From: an uncultured Parachlamydiaceae bacterium
GTDB taxonomy: Bacteria > Chlamydiota > Chlamydiia > Chlamydiales > Parachlamydiaceae
NCBI GenBank assembly: GCA_963752155.1
Contig: CAVVXH010000011.1
Location: 264,651-328,650, forward strand
Reading direction: 5' to 3'
DNA length: 64,000 bases
Made by a program: the position numbers and the translations under genes. Shown here in pieces: positions 1 through 10,963 of the stretch (the first letter of the stretch is position 1; the number at the start of each line of letters is the position of its first letter). The notes under the pieces are model-generated. The model did not search any database. It worked only from the letters and a program-made list of their open reading frames with translations, and was not told where the DNA came from.

Positions 1-825
1 CAAAATATGAGAAACTTTCTGAAGTCATGGCAAATTGGAGGTACATATCATTTTATTGGACAATGGATGTTACAGAATCCAGACCCAAAAAAGCATTTAT
101 TTTCTTTCCAGGGAAGCATAAAAGGACAAAATGTTCACCTAAATGGGTATGAATTTGATTCCATGCAATCTGACTGTGTCTATACAGAGGACAAAATAGG
201 TTTAAACAACTTTTCGATTAAAGATCAGTCAGGCATTCTGCATATCCATTCCATCCAAAGTGTGCTCAGGGATAACAATCGCTGGGAAGCCACTCTCGAA
301 AACTGTCATGTGTCAGAATGGCAACCTTCCCTCTTAAGAGCTGTAGGATCCACCCCTATTCCAAGTCCCCTTATAATAAAGCAGCTTAGAATTGAAAAAC
401 TAAAAGGTTTTTTGGATGATCCTAACAGTTTTACTGCAAAAGGAAAATTCGATTTTAACAACCGTTCACGCGATACACCGCTATTTGTCATTCCGGAAGA
501 AATCATCAAACGCATTGGACTGGATGTGTCCATCTTGACACCTACTACGGGCACTCTTTACTTTGATCTTTTTGAGAGTAAGATTTGTTTCACTAAATTT
601 AAGGATGTATATAGTGAAGGAGGTCTTTCGAAATTTAATTTAGCAAGCAATTCTCTTCCTTCATATATGGATCTCAATGGAAAACTAAATTTAAGAATCA
701 GAATGAAGCACCACAATCTATTTTTTAAACTTGCAGAACACTTCATTCTTAAGATCGAAGGGACTGTTCGAAAACCCATTTATTTCATCCGTAAGCAACC
801 TCGTAAAGAGCGTTCGATACACTAA
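1..825 (+). CDS. C-terminal part of a large beta-rich hypothetical protein (AsmA/TamB-like C-terminus possible); frame open from window start
   Basis: Frame 1 is open from base 1 to TAA at 825; alternating beta-strand pattern, ends with 'LKIEGTVRKP'. Confidence 0.5.
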   Translation, partial: QNMRNFLKSWQIGGTYHFIGQWMLQNPDPKKHLFSFQGSIKGQNVHLNGYEFDSMQSDCVYTEDKIGLNNFSIKDQSGILHIHSIQSVLRDNNRWEATLENCHVSEWQPSLLRAVGSTPIPSPLIIKQLRIEKLKGFLDDPNSFTAKGKFDFNNRSRDTPLFVIPEEIIKRIGLDVSILTPTTGTLYFDLFESKICFTKFKDVYSEGGLSKFNLASNSLPSYMDLNGKLNLRIRMKHHNLFFKLAEHFILKIEGTVRKPIYFIRKQPRKERSIH

Positions 826-829
826 GAAG

Positions 830-2227
830 TCATGTGGTCCGAGGATAGCACATCTTTAATGGATTGACAAGGCGATCGAATTCTTCTGGCTTAACGTAGC
901 CTAGCTGTATGGCCGCTTCCCGTAATTTTAAATCATGATCCACTGCATAATGAGCGATTTCTGAAGCTTTATCGTAACCGATAACAGGCGCAAGAGCTGT
1001 AACAAGCATAACAGAATATTCCAAATCCTGCTTGATCTTTTTTAAATTCGGCGCCATGCCGCGAACTAAGTATTTATCAAAGTTCTTACAGCTGTCGCTT
1101 ATAATTCTGATGGATTGGAGAACATTATAAATAATCACGGGTTTGTAAACGTTCATCTCTAAATAACCACTAGCTCCTCCAAGTGCCACGGCCATATCAT
1201 TTGCCATGACTTGTACAGCAACCATTGATAAGGCTTCGCATTGCGTTGGGTTCACTTTACCAGGCATGATCGAAGATCCAGGTTCATTAGAAGGAAGAAT
1301 GAGTTCATTAATTCCTGCTCTTGGACCACATGAGAGCAATCTGATATCGTTGGCTATTTTATAAAGAGAAACTGCTAAAGTTTTCAAAGTGGCGCTCAAT
1401 TGCACTAGGGCGTTATGGGCTCCTTGCGTTGCAAATTTATTTTTAGCGGTCTTGAAGGGAAGCTTTGTTAACTTGGCAATTTCTTTTGCGACATCTTTGT
1501 CGAATCCTTCGAGGGTGTTCAAACCTGTCCCAACAGCGGTTCCTCCCAGGGTTAAATTATAAACATTTTTGATAGAAAATTCTATATCTGCAATATTATC
1601 ATTAAGCATTCCCACATACCCTGAGAATTCTTGTCCAAGGGTTAATGGGGTGGCATCCTGCATGTGTGTTCTACCTAATTTGACGATATTTTTCCATTCT
1701 TTTGATTTAGCATTGAAGCTCTCTCGAAGTTGTTTAAGGATGGGAATGAGAGTATTTTTAATTTCCATTGCTGCGGCAATATTCATTGCTGTTGGGAAGG
1801 TATCGTTAGATGATTGAGACATATTGACATCGTCATTGGGATGAACAGGAGATTTACTTCCTAAAGGTTTTCCACTTATTTGAGAGATACGATTGGCAAT
1901 GACTTCATTCACATTCATATTGAATTGTGTGCCACTACCGGTCATCCAAACATACAGAGGGAAATGGTCATAATGTTTTCCTTTAAGGATATCTTCGCAG
2001 ACACTTTCAATCAGTTTTGCTTTTTTAGCTGGAAGAAGGCCTTGTCGTTGATTTACAATGGCTGAGGCCTTTTTTAAAATTGCATAGGCATGAATCAGTT
2101 CTTTAGCGATGAGATCGTCACCGATCGAAAAATGTTCTAAGGATCTTTGAGTTTGAGCGCCCCACAAGGAATCAGCAGGAACCTTTACTTTCCCGTGACT
2201 ATCACTTTCGACTCTGAACTTTTTCAT
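830..2227 (-). CDS. fumC: Fumarate hydratase class II
   Basis: Motifs [34 protein letters not shown], signature [15 protein letters not shown]; likely ATG at 2227. Confidence 0.97.
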   Translation of the reverse strand: MKKFRVESDSHGKVKVPADSLWGAQTQRSLEHFSIGDDLIAKELIHAYAILKKASAIVNQRQGLLPAKKAKLIESVCEDILKGKHYDHFPLYVWMTGSGTQFNMNVNEVIANRISQISGKPLGSKSPVHPNDDVNMSQSSNDTFPTAMNIAAAMEIKNTLIPILKQLRESFNAKSKEWKNIVKLGRTHMQDATPLTLGQEFSGYVGMLNDNIADIEFSIKNVYNLTLGGTAVGTGLNTLEGFDKDVAKEIAKLTKLPFKTAKNKFATQGAHNALVQLSATLKTLAVSLYKIANDIRLLSCGPRAGINELILPSNEPGSSIMPGKVNPTQCEALSMVAVQVMANDMAVALGGASGYLEMNVYKPVIIYNVLQSIRIISDSCKNFDKYLVRGMAPNLKKIKQDLEYSVMLVTALAPVIGYDKASEIAHYAVDHDLKLREAAIQLGYVKPEEFDRLVNPLKMCYPRTT

Positions 2228-2368
2228 AGTATTCAAATAGGGGTAGATAATTAGTCCTATTTCCTAATTTCTACATAAATGTTTTTCATTTATTTAGCAA
2301 TTCCCTGGGATCGGACCCAGAGCAGGTCCGGCATCGCTTACATGGATTAATTTAGTGAGGATAGCTAA

Positions 2369-2965
2369 TTACATCTTTTCATGAAGTATCTGAAGAGCCT
2401 CTGCATAGGTTTCTTCGTATTCATGCATAGATTTAAAATATTTATATGTTTTCTGGTTTTTTCTTTCAGGATTGTGTGTGACATAAGTGAGTATCCCACG
2501 TCTTATCTCTCCTATCCCTATTTCCGGGTCATATACCCAATACCCTTCATGATCGTGGTTATAAATAGCCATTTGAATATTCTCTATTGTAAAGGGCTTA
2601 TTCTCTAAGGAATATTGAATCTCTTCATTTGAGGTCACATTATGTAGTAACATCTCGGCAAATTCTATAAGAAATTTTCTCAATTGATCTTTAGAAAGAT
2701 TTTGATATGAACTAAAGTCTAAACCTAATCTTTTGATCTTCCCTTCCGGCATAGAAACTATTGTTCCAATAACGGCAATTTTATATTTTTTGGTTATTGA
2801 AGAAGATGTCTCATAAAGTATTTGGTTTACCAAACGCTCACTTTTGGAAAGATATTTATCTTCTGCATCAAACCAAAATAATATTCTATCTCGAAAATCA
2901 ACTGAGATTAAGGAAGATAAGATCAAGACAATAAGAATAAAAACAATAAAATAAATAAATTTCAT
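2369..2965 (-). CDS. Hypothetical protein with N-terminal TM/signal anchor; candidate immunity protein of upstream RHS
   Basis: 198 aa, hydrophobic N-terminus; start overlaps RHS stop (TAATG). Confidence 0.6.
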   Translation of the reverse strand: MKFIYFIVFILIVLILSSLISVDFRDRILFWFDAEDKYLSKSERLVNQILYETSSSITKKYKIAVIGTIVSMPEGKIKRLGLDFSSYQNLSKDQLRKFLIEFAEMLLHNVTSNEEIQYSLENKPFTIENIQMAIYNHDHEGYWVYDPEIGIGEIRRGILTYVTHNPERKNQKTYKYFKSMHEYEETYAEALQILHEKM

Positions 2966-5900
2966 TATAGCTTCCCTTGTTCAATGTAATTCTTAATATT
3001 ATGCTCCAAAACACCGTAGTAAGTAGGACTTGTGAAAAGATGATCATGCCAAGGAGCATCCGGATGACTCTTTAGTTGAGTTGTCGTATCTTTCGAACAC
3101 CTACTCCCCCGCCCATCAAAATGAGGGATAAGATCACGATACCAGGCTGCTCGGTAATGCTGAACTTGAGCACACGTTCTCTGAAATATGTAACCTCCTG
3201 GAGCAATTGCCAAAACATCAATGTGCTTGCGTAGCTCTTCAGGATAATCAATAAGGGCATTTCTCACGTTAACAGCGCCTTGACTATGACAAATCTGTAG
3301 ATAGTTAACATCCTTATAACCATCTTTAAAAAAGTCATTCCATTCTTGATGCAATAATCTTACAGGTTCCGTAGCTGTAAATTGATATCCATATATATAT
3401 TCCTCTGCGTCACCCATAAGTCCATGTGTAGCATTATAAACTCCATGAATATTAAATCCACCAATCATTGAAGAAAGGTAAGTCGAACTCTCATTATAAT
3501 CTTTAAAGGAATTATTGACGCCATTCGTAAATCCAATCCTTCTTCCTTCAGGTAATTCCGTCAGTCCTAAATCTGATATACAAGAAGGTTTCCAATAGTT
3601 TTCTATACAAATACCTTCGCAAATACCTCCATCTAAAATTAAATCATTATGAGTTTTTTCAAAATTGTCATTATAAGTGATTTGTGGCAATTCAGCAGAG
3701 GTATTGCCGGAAAAATCTATAGTGTCATAAGGATTTTTATCTTGTTCAGGAATAATAGAGATTGCAACTGACATCAAACCATAACGATCAATGTAACTCG
3801 CAGGACTGTTCTTAACGTACGCGTATAAATTAGGTCCTCCACTTTGACCCAAAGGGTCTTGCATCAGCCACTGCGCTGATTTTGGATGGTAACAACGAAA
3901 TCCAAAATCAATGATTCCAATGCTAGAGGTTTCATGCCTCTTTCCACAAAATCTCCAAGGTGAAAGGGGAGTTTCTTTCAAATCTTTCCCAAACATTGTT
4001 AGAAAACTTAGATCTGCCAATTTTCCAGATTTCATCTCGACAAGGCCTACAATATGTCTTTGAGAAGAAAAGATGGGAGAATAGAGATTCTCACCCAACT
4101 CAATAGCCATCGGCATCGATTCTTCACCTCCGGATAAAACTTTGAGGTCAATGCACTCATTGTTGCTACTATAGGATCCTATCTCCTCATGGTTGTTATA
4201 AAGGTAATAGAGGGTTTCTCCGTTACAAGTACGTGACATTTTACGATTAAAACTATCGTAGGTATACGTCCAAGTCGAATTGTCTTGTTCGATAGTGATT
4301 AAACGATCAAAACTATCATATGTAAATTGTGTTTTAGAATCCTTTGTCCTACGCCCTTTGGCATCGTATGTGTAGGTTTCATCAGCCCCTTGAACCAATT
4401 GTAAAAGGGCATTGTGGGTTTGTTGTTGGCCATCCACTGATATTTGCCGATTAAGGGCATCATTTTTATAGCGATGAGAATAGAGTGCCGTTTTTTCTTG
4501 AGTAAGCTGTTGTAAGTGATCGTGCTTAAACTGTTGCAAATCGCCATTGACTATCTTTGAAACCAAGGTTCCTCGAGAGTCATAACAAATCTCCTTTTCT
4601 TGGTAAAAAGGATAAATAATGGAAATTGCACGAGTCAATGGGTCATATTCAAGTTCAAGTGTTCCACTTTTTTGAGGAAAAACAATTCTCCTAGGTTTGC
4701 CTGTGCGATCAAAATTTTTAAATTCAGTTTGATAAACCTTTTGGCCATTTTTAATGCGCTCAGATTTCGTCAGAAAAACAGGGCTATAAGTTTGTTTAAC
4801 TGATGTCCCATCGGGATAAATACATTCCACAAGACGATTCATCCGATCATAGACGTAACATATCTTTAAGCCGTTTTCAAATTTCTCAGAAAGCAGAGCT
4901 CCTTCCGATGAATATTTACGGACGGTTTTTTTATGGGTGTTAAGATTCTCTACGATAGTGGGTTGGCTTTTCTTATTGTAGATATAGTGATAATGAACTG
5001 ATTTATCATTAGACCACTCTTCAGCAAGCCTGCCGATTCCATCATAGAGAGAATGTTTTGATGTTCCATTTGCATATTGATTTTCCGAAAGCTCTCCACG
5101 ATGATTGTAGATGAAGGAAGTGGCAATCTGTTCAGAGGTGCCTGCACCATTCACTTGGTGTATCAGACGTGAACATGAATCATATTCATAGAGTGTAAAA
5201 ATAGTCTCATTGGGAAGATGATGTTCTTTTCGTACCATCTTGCCATTTAGATCGTAATAATATTCTACGTTGGATAATAGTTTACCAGAAGGTGAGAACA
5301 TTTTTGTACTTACAGGAGATCCTTTAGCGTCCGATAGAGTCATCGTTTTCACGCCTTTAGGGTCCACCATCTCTAAGCAAGGTAAATTTATGCCTTCGTA
5401 TAGGAAGTCATAATGATGTCGATAATAGGTTGTGTTGCCTAAAGCATCTGTCGTGGAGCTTAAATTACCTCTTGGATCATAGGTATTTTTTGTTGTTGCT
5501 TCACCTCCATGAGTTTGTTTCGTCGTAGAGATAACGTGGTTACTAGCATCATAAGCTGTTCTGGTTTTAGTATAAATCCTGCCAGTTGCATCGACTTCAC
5601 TTCTTGCAATGACTCGATTGAGCAAGTCGTATTCAAACTTAGTCGCTATATAGTCTTGATCATTATCACCAAAATAATGCCATTCTTCATCGATTCTTCC
5701 CAAAGCGTCGTAAACGTATTTGGTTAACCTGTTGCCTTTGCGAATTTCCAAAACCCTGCCGGCAAAATCATATTTATATTTAGTTTTTACCCCTTCTTCA
5801 TCTGTCTCTGAAACCAATAAGCTACCGGAATATTTTTTACTGATTTCTTTTAATAATTTGCCATCGCAATCATAAGTTGTTTCAGAAATAAGCCTTGACA

Positions 5901-8409
5901 AAGCGTCGTAGGCATAAAGGACTTTAGAATTATTTCTTTCCTTTTTTTCGAGAAGTTCTCCATAAAGTGAATAATGAAATTCCTCTGACGTTCCGTCGGG
6001 AAAACTAATTTGCAAGGGCAATCCGGCATCATTCGGTTTGTAGGTTGTGACCGCTCCATTGGCATCAATTTCTGCAATCAAATTTCCTAGGAAATTATAT
6101 TTCTTTCGTATTTTGGGCGTAATCCATTCTCCTGTTTCTGTTCTAATCGGAGGATAGATAATTTCTACGGGTCTTCCTTGTGCGTTATAAGCAAATTTAG
6201 TGGTGAATCCATAGGAATCTTGAATCTTAACCAATCTTCCTTCTAAGTCGTAATCTCTATAGGTGGAGAGCTCGATACCGTCAGTACATTTCAGTGTTTC
6301 TTTGATGGGGCGTTGCTGCCAATCGTACGTATATTCCTTTAAGTAATTTAAATCAGGCCCTTGCAGTTGTATTAAGGATCCATAGAGATTAAATTTTCGA
6401 TGGGTCTTTTGTCCTATGGGATCTGATTCAATTATAGCATTTCCTCTTAGATCGTTTGTCTTTTCAATTTGATACACAAATGCATTATTGGCATCATAGT
6501 AGGATTCCTTTTGTACATAACCGTGGGAATCGTAATCTAAAACTGTTCGAGAAATTCTATGCTCTTCAAGGCCATTTGAGCTCCATAAATCAATTTCTAT
6601 TGGCAATCCCGCAAAAGTTGTCGTTCTATTTTTCATACGAAGGATTTTACGGCACTTTACCCCTGTTAGATCTTCAGGAGAGCTTTTATAACCATCATCT
6701 TCAATTTTCAGGGTGCAACCTGCGTTCAAATCAAATTCATAAAATTGACGTTTTAGAATTTTGCCATCTTGTTGCACGAGAATGGATTTTGTTAAATTCG
6801 TTTCTTTTCCTTCACGTTTGTGATAGGTGAAAAGAGTTTCGAGCCTGCCCTCATGTTCTGTTACAAGTAAATTGAGGGCATTGTAAGTGTAGTGAGTCGA
6901 TTTGACTTCTCCACCTTTTAGAGAACAATTAGTTTCAGTAGAGAGATCGCCTTTAACAACAATTGGAGGTGTATTTGCCCCTGTAAAGGTCTTGAAAATG
7001 CAATTTTTCTTTAGAACGTTTCCTCGTTCATCATATTCAAATTCTTCTGCAAAATGGATCACTCCATCCTTATTTTCCACTGTTTTAAAAAGTAAGTCAC
7101 CTTCAAGCGGAGTCGATTTGGCCCCAAAGTGAAAGTTTTCCCGTCGATAAATCGAACGTTTGTTAGAACCTTTATACCTTTCAATGGAACTTAAGCGATA
7201 ATCTTTGGAGGAATAGTGAAATCGCGTCAGAAAGTTGCAAGAATCATAGACATCAGTGAAGGCTTTTTTTGTTTCTTTATTTTTGTAGTAGGCAAATTGG
7301 CAGATTGGACGGAGGTCATGATGGTTATTTACTGCCATACTAATTTGGCGAACACGATCGCGATGGGATTTTTTTAAGGTTTGAGGATTTTCCCCATACA
7401 CACTCATTGTATCTCCCTTTTTGTAATACTCAATGGCTACTCTATGGTGATATCCATATCGATTTGATAGCTTTGACCCATCTTCGGGATTTGTATAGGT
7501 ATAATATTCAGTGGGGAAATAATTAGATCCAGCTGCATTCATTAAAACATTCGGACATCTATAGTCTTCTGTATCATGGAATTCAAAAAAATATCTTACA
7601 AGTTTCCCTTCATCTGAATTAGCATCGATTGAAAAGGGTTTTTTCAGATTTGCCATTTTAATAGGGTTGCCTGTGGGAAATGTAAATGCAATCTGATTAG
7701 AAACTTCTTCAGCATGTGTTAGCGCCTTAACTTTGTTTAAGATATGTCCTTCGGTTTCGTAAGTTGTTTTCAAGCCGTTTGGCCTTTTGGTAAATTTAAG
7801 ATTATTTTCGGAATGGTGGTCAGGAAGGTGTTTTGAATATGAGACACAATGATAAAAATTCTCTGTGCCATCCCCATTGATGACATTAACTCCTGCGTGT
7901 GAATGGATCGTCCGGATATTTTTGATGTTGGTTCGACCGGAAATTTCCCCTTTACCACTGTTTGTCACTCCTTTTCTAAGTATATCTTTATTAATTTTGA
8001 GGGGATCTGTCCTTTTTTCAATCGCAGTCTTAAAAGGAATGTCTCCGGAAACAGATCCGGAAGTGATCACATGGAAATATTTTTTGCAGGTCGAAGGATA
8101 AGTCATGGCGGTCCCGACCATATTGTGGGACCAGTAGTTCCAAAACCCACCACATTGAAATCTAGAACTGCAATAGGTTCTTTGTAGGATTAAGGGATTA
8201 GAACCGGGAAGTGCAAAATCCACACATGCATAATGGTAATCTCCATTAATGACATTCACACCAAAAATGTTCGTCGAAGGGATTCCATAAATCGCTGTTA
8301 GGGGTGTATGTGATGATTCCAATATTTCATTTTCAGTTGGAACCGAAGTTGTATTCGCCAAAAGAAAGAATGGAGTCATCAGAAGAAAGGAAAGAATAAA
8401 ACAGGACAT
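2965..8409 (-). CDS. RHS/YD-repeat protein with signal peptide and C-terminal alpha/beta-hydrolase-like (DUF687-like) domain
   Basis: Many YD repeats; core end 'QDPLGQSGGPNLYAYVKNSPASYIDRYGL'; tip has FTNGVNN and CHSQG motifs. Confidence 0.9.
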   Translation of the reverse strand: MSCFILSFLLMTPFFLLANTTSVPTENEILESSHTPLTAIYGIPSTNIFGVNVINGDYHYACVDFALPGSNPLILQRTYCSSRFQCGGFWNYWSHNMVGTAMTYPSTCKKYFHVITSGSVSGDIPFKTAIEKRTDPLKINKDILRKGVTNSGKGEISGRTNIKNIRTIHSHAGVNVINGDGTENFYHCVSYSKHLPDHHSENNLKFTKRPNGLKTTYETEGHILNKVKALTHAEEVSNQIAFTFPTGNPIKMANLKKPFSIDANSDEGKLVRYFFEFHDTEDYRCPNVLMNAAGSNYFPTEYYTYTNPEDGSKLSNRYGYHHRVAIEYYKKGDTMSVYGENPQTLKKSHRDRVRQISMAVNNHHDLRPICQFAYYKNKETKKAFTDVYDSCNFLTRFHYSSKDYRLSSIERYKGSNKRSIYRRENFHFGAKSTPLEGDLLFKTVENKDGVIHFAEEFEYDERGNVLKKNCIFKTFTGANTPPIVVKGDLSTETNCSLKGGEVKSTHYTYNALNLLVTEHEGRLETLFTYHKREGKETNLTKSILVQQDGKILKRQFYEFDLNAGCTLKIEDDGYKSSPEDLTGVKCRKILRMKNRTTTFAGLPIEIDLWSSNGLEEHRISRTVLDYDSHGYVQKESYYDANNAFVYQIEKTNDLRGNAIIESDPIGQKTHRKFNLYGSLIQLQGPDLNYLKEYTYDWQQRPIKETLKCTDGIELSTYRDYDLEGRLVKIQDSYGFTTKFAYNAQGRPVEIIYPPIRTETGEWITPKIRKKYNFLGNLIAEIDANGAVTTYKPNDAGLPLQISFPDGTSEEFHYSLYGELLEKKERNNSKVLYAYDALSRLISETTYDCDGKLLKEISKKYSGSLLVSETDEEGVKTKYKYDFAGRVLEIRKGNRLTKYVYDALGRIDEEWHYFGDNDQDYIATKFEYDLLNRVIARSEVDATGRIYTKTRTAYDASNHVISTTKQTHGGEATTKNTYDPRGNLSSTTDALGNTTYYRHHYDFLYEGINLPCLEMVDPKGVKTMTLSDAKGSPVSTKMFSPSGKLLSNVEYYYDLNGKMVRKEHHLPNETIFTLYEYDSCSRLIHQVNGAGTSEQIATSFIYNHRGELSENQYANGTSKHSLYDGIGRLAEEWSNDKSVHYHYIYNKKSQPTIVENLNTHKKTVRKYSSEGALLSEKFENGLKICYVYDRMNRLVECIYPDGTSVKQTYSPVFLTKSERIKNGQKVYQTEFKNFDRTGKPRRIVFPQKSGTLELEYDPLTRAISIIYPFYQEKEICYDSRGTLVSKIVNGDLQQFKHDHLQQLTQEKTALYSHRYKNDALNRQISVDGQQQTHNALLQLVQGADETYTYDAKGRRTKDSKTQFTYDSFDRLITIEQDNSTWTYTYDSFNRKMSRTCNGETLYYLYNNHEEIGSYSSNNECIDLKVLSGGEESMPMAIELGENLYSPIFSSQRHIVGLVEMKSGKLADLSFLTMFGKDLKETPLSPWRFCGKRHETSSIGIIDFGFRCYHPKSAQWLMQDPLGQSGGPNLYAYVKNSPASYIDRYGLMSVAISIIPEQDKNPYDTIDFSGNTSAELPQITYNDNFEKTHNDLILDGGICEGICIENYWKPSCISDLGLTELPEGRRIGFTNGVNNSFKDYNESSTYLSSMIGGFNIHGVYNATHGLMGDAEEYIYGYQFTATEPVRLLHQEWNDFFKDGYKDVNYLQICHSQGAVNVRNALIDYPEELRKHIDVLAIAPGGYIFQRTCAQVQHYRAAWYRDLIPHFDGRGSRCSKDTTTQLKSHPDAPWHDHLFTSPTYYGVLEHNIKNYIEQGKL

Positions 8410-8759
8410 GTTAATTCCTCAAAATTATAAGGTTTTTTGTGAAGTTTTTGTTTGAAGGCTCATTCTATGTTTTAAGAATTTCAGATTCAAGCACTTTATA
8501 AATTAAAATAAATATATATATTTCAATTATTTATTTTATAAAGTTATTTTTGTTGAAGTTTTAAGGTTATTCGAGTAATTGTGGAGAGTAGTTGTGGAGA
8601 TAGTAGATTAATCTTTTTTTGATATGTAAAACGTCAGCGTGGAATCGTAGCAAAAAAAATCAGGATATGGAAATTAACACTTATTCACGATGTTGTCTGG
8701 ATATTTTTTTTATGTAGACCTAATCAACGATGCAAACTATACAGTGATGCAAACGGTAC

Positions 8760-8973
8760 AACGATAAGAACGATAAAAACGATAAGAACGATGAGAACGA
8801 TAAAAACGATAAAAACGATAAAAACGATAAAAACGATAAGAACGATAAGAACGATAAGAACGATAAAAACGATAAGAACGATAAAAACGATAAAAACGAT
8901 AAGAACGATAAAAACGATAAGAACGATAAGAACGATAAGAAAGATAAGAAAGATGATAACGATAAAAAACGAT
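8760..8973 (+). repeat. 9-bp tandem repeat array AACGATAA(G/A), ~23 units
   Basis: Directly visible tandem repeats. Confidence 0.95.
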
Positions 8974-8985
8974 AGATTAGTCTAG

Positions 8986-9039
8986 ACCATCATTTATACT
9001 ACCAATGCAGTAGAATCGTTACATCGCCAGTTTAGAAAA
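8986..9039 (+). pseudogene. Short fragment of an IS256-family transposase
   Basis: Translates TIIYTTNAVESLHRQFRK, matching the conserved IS256 'IYTTN.IES.....RK' segment. Confidence 0.7.
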
Positions 9040-9091
9040 AAGGGTGGAAAGCCCCTATCCCTTGACTGAGCCCTCACCGCTTTGAGATTAT

Positions 9092-9222
9092 CTTTTTATC
9101 GTTTTTATCGTTCCTATCGTTCTTATCGTTCCTATCGTTCTTATCGTTCCTATCGTTCTTATCGTTCTTATCGTTCTTATCGTTCCTATCGTTCTTATCG
9201 TTCTTATCGTTTTTATCGTTTT
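9092..9222 (-). repeat. Inverted 9-bp tandem array (TTCTTATCG / TTCCTATCG / TTTTTATCG), ~14 units
   Basis: Reverse complement of the 8760-8973 unit. Confidence 0.95.
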
Positions 9223-9275
9223 TACCGTTGATCCACGGTAGTAACAGAACGTGTCAAGCTGTATACTCGGACTGC

Positions 9276-9352
9276 ATACGCATCAGGATAAGGAAATAAA
9301 ATTTAAATTTCATTATTTCACTATTTCATTATTTCCTTATCCTGATGCGTAT
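9276..9352. repeat. Perfect 24-bp inverted repeat (hairpin/REP-like, possible terminator for 9369-9773)
   Basis: ATACGCATCAGGATAAGGAAATAA at 9276-9299 and its reverse complement at 9329-9352. Confidence 0.85.
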
Positions 9353-9368
9353 AGATCGGAAGGATGAG

Positions 9369-9773
9369 CTACAGTTCGCTCAATGATGAGGCAGAATTTC
9401 TAAATGCAATCTCCCGGGGCCTAAAGAGTTGATTGATTCTAACCACTTCACCCGTATGCAAATCAAATGAACGTTCGGGAACATCTTCAAAAAAATGGTC
9501 CGCATTCGGTATTAAAAACTGAACCGAATACCTTCCAACAGGTAAATTCTCAATCACAACCATACGAAATTGACAATTATCACTTTCACTATGATTAAAA
9601 AATTTTGGGTAAAACTGCCCCTCTAACTGTTCGTTCCAAAGACGAAAACGCACACGATCAAGACGTTCTTCTCTGGGACCAGTTTGGAAACTAACAACAA
9701 GGGTCCCTGATTCCTTCCCGATGCAATGCAATGCCTGAAAAATAAAAAATAGAAATAAAAAAAAATTGCACAT
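9369..9773 (-). CDS. Hypothetical exported protein (small beta-sandwich)
   Basis: 134 aa with signal-like N-terminus; 'IENLPVGRYSV' resembles carboxypeptidase-regulatory/PEGA-like folds. Confidence 0.55.
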   Translation of the reverse strand: MCNFFLFLFFIFQALHCIGKESGTLVVSFQTGPREERLDRVRFRLWNEQLEGQFYPKFFNHSESDNCQFRMVVIENLPVGRYSVQFLIPNADHFFEDVPERSFDLHTGEVVRINQLFRPREIAFRNSASSLSEL

Positions 9774-9907
9774 GCGTGGCGACTGAAAAGATGATTAAAT
9801 TTTACTTTACTTTAAGATTTTTTCTTTTCTTTTGCTATAAAGAAATGAAACTTCTAGCAAATTAAAGTCATCCAAGGAACAATAGTACTTTCCCATTTTG
9901 AGGATTT

Positions 9908-10954
9908 ATGAAGTCTGCAATTTTAATTTTTATCTCTTTATGGTTGTGTGCTTGCACGTCAACTAACTGCTGTGATTTCCCACTGATGGGTGCTGATGAG
10001 TTTGTCATGGATTCATATATAATCCGACAAGGCAAGCTTGCAATTTTGGAAATGGAAGGTATTGATGTCGAACCAATGCCAGAAAATGCCATGTATGAGT
10101 ATCTAGACACCATTGTCGAAGATGACCTGTTAAATATTGTCATCTACCATCCTTCCAGACGAGATTTAATGGAATCCATACAATTCATCAATCATGCTGT
10201 GGGTGGATTTCGTGTCAAAGATGGAAATGTCAATTTACCAGATATCCCCCCTGTGCAAGTTGAAGGGCTCAGTTTAGAAGATGCTCGACAAAAAATCCAA
10301 TGCGAATTTCAAAGTCAAATCAGCAATGTTGAAGTCTTTGTCACCTATCAGGATCGTCAAAAAAATAAAGTCGAACTCACAGGACTCGTCAACACTCCCT
10401 CCATCCCCGTAGATGGCAAAATGCGCCTTTATGAAACCATTGCCAAAGCACGTATCCCACCGGATGCCAATCTATTTATGAGCTATGTATTGCGCTGCGG
10501 CCGCCCCTTGCCAATCGATTTACATCAACTCATCAACGAAGGGGACATGTGCCAAAATATTGTGATGCGTGGCGGAGACAAAATCTTCATTGCAAGTCCA
10601 AAAGATGGTCTAGCCGTAGTAATGGGAGAAGTGGTAAGACCCGGCCCTGTACCCCTTCCCTACGGATTTCTTTCTCTACGTGAAGCTCTTGTCACCAGCG
10701 GAGGAATCCCCTTCACAGGAGATAAAAGGCACATTCAAATCATTCGAGGCAATTTACAGTGTCCAAAAATCTACGAGCTCTCCTGGGAACATATCATTCA
10801 CCTACCTAATGACAGCCTCTTAGTGATGCCTGGAGATACAATTTACGTTTCCGCCAAACCAATCACAGAGTGGAATCGATTTATTGATCAACTATTGCCC
10901 ACAGTTCTTTTGTTTAAATCAGGACATAGCGTTTATACCGTATTTGGAGATTAA
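9908..10954 (+). CDS. wza: Polysaccharide export lipoprotein (Wza/OPX family)
   Basis: Lipobox-like LCAC; poly_export motif 'FRVKDGNVNLPDIPPVQVEGLSL'; SLBB repeats 'VMGEVVRPG', 'MPGDTIYV'. Confidence 0.85.
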   Translation: MKSAILIFISLWLCACTSTNCCDFPLMGADEFVMDSYIIRQGKLAILEMEGIDVEPMPENAMYEYLDTIVEDDLLNIVIYHPSRRDLMESIQFINHAVGGFRVKDGNVNLPDIPPVQVEGLSLEDARQKIQCEFQSQISNVEVFVTYQDRQKNKVELTGLVNTPSIPVDGKMRLYETIAKARIPPDANLFMSYVLRCGRPLPIDLHQLINEGDMCQNIVMRGGDKIFIASPKDGLAVVMGEVVRPGPVPLPYGFLSLREALVTSGGIPFTGDKRHIQIIRGNLQCPKIYELSWEHIIHLPNDSLLVMPGDTIYVSAKPITEWNRFIDQLLPTVLLFKSGHSVYTVFGD

Positions 10955-10963
10955 TTTTTTATC

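Noticed and set aside
8791..8985. 64-aa ORF of (R/K)TI repeats
   Set aside because: Translation of the 9-bp microsatellite; no RBS or other coding evidence
8760..9222. Possible CRISPR array
   Set aside because: Contiguous 9-bp units without unique spacers; no cas genes in the window
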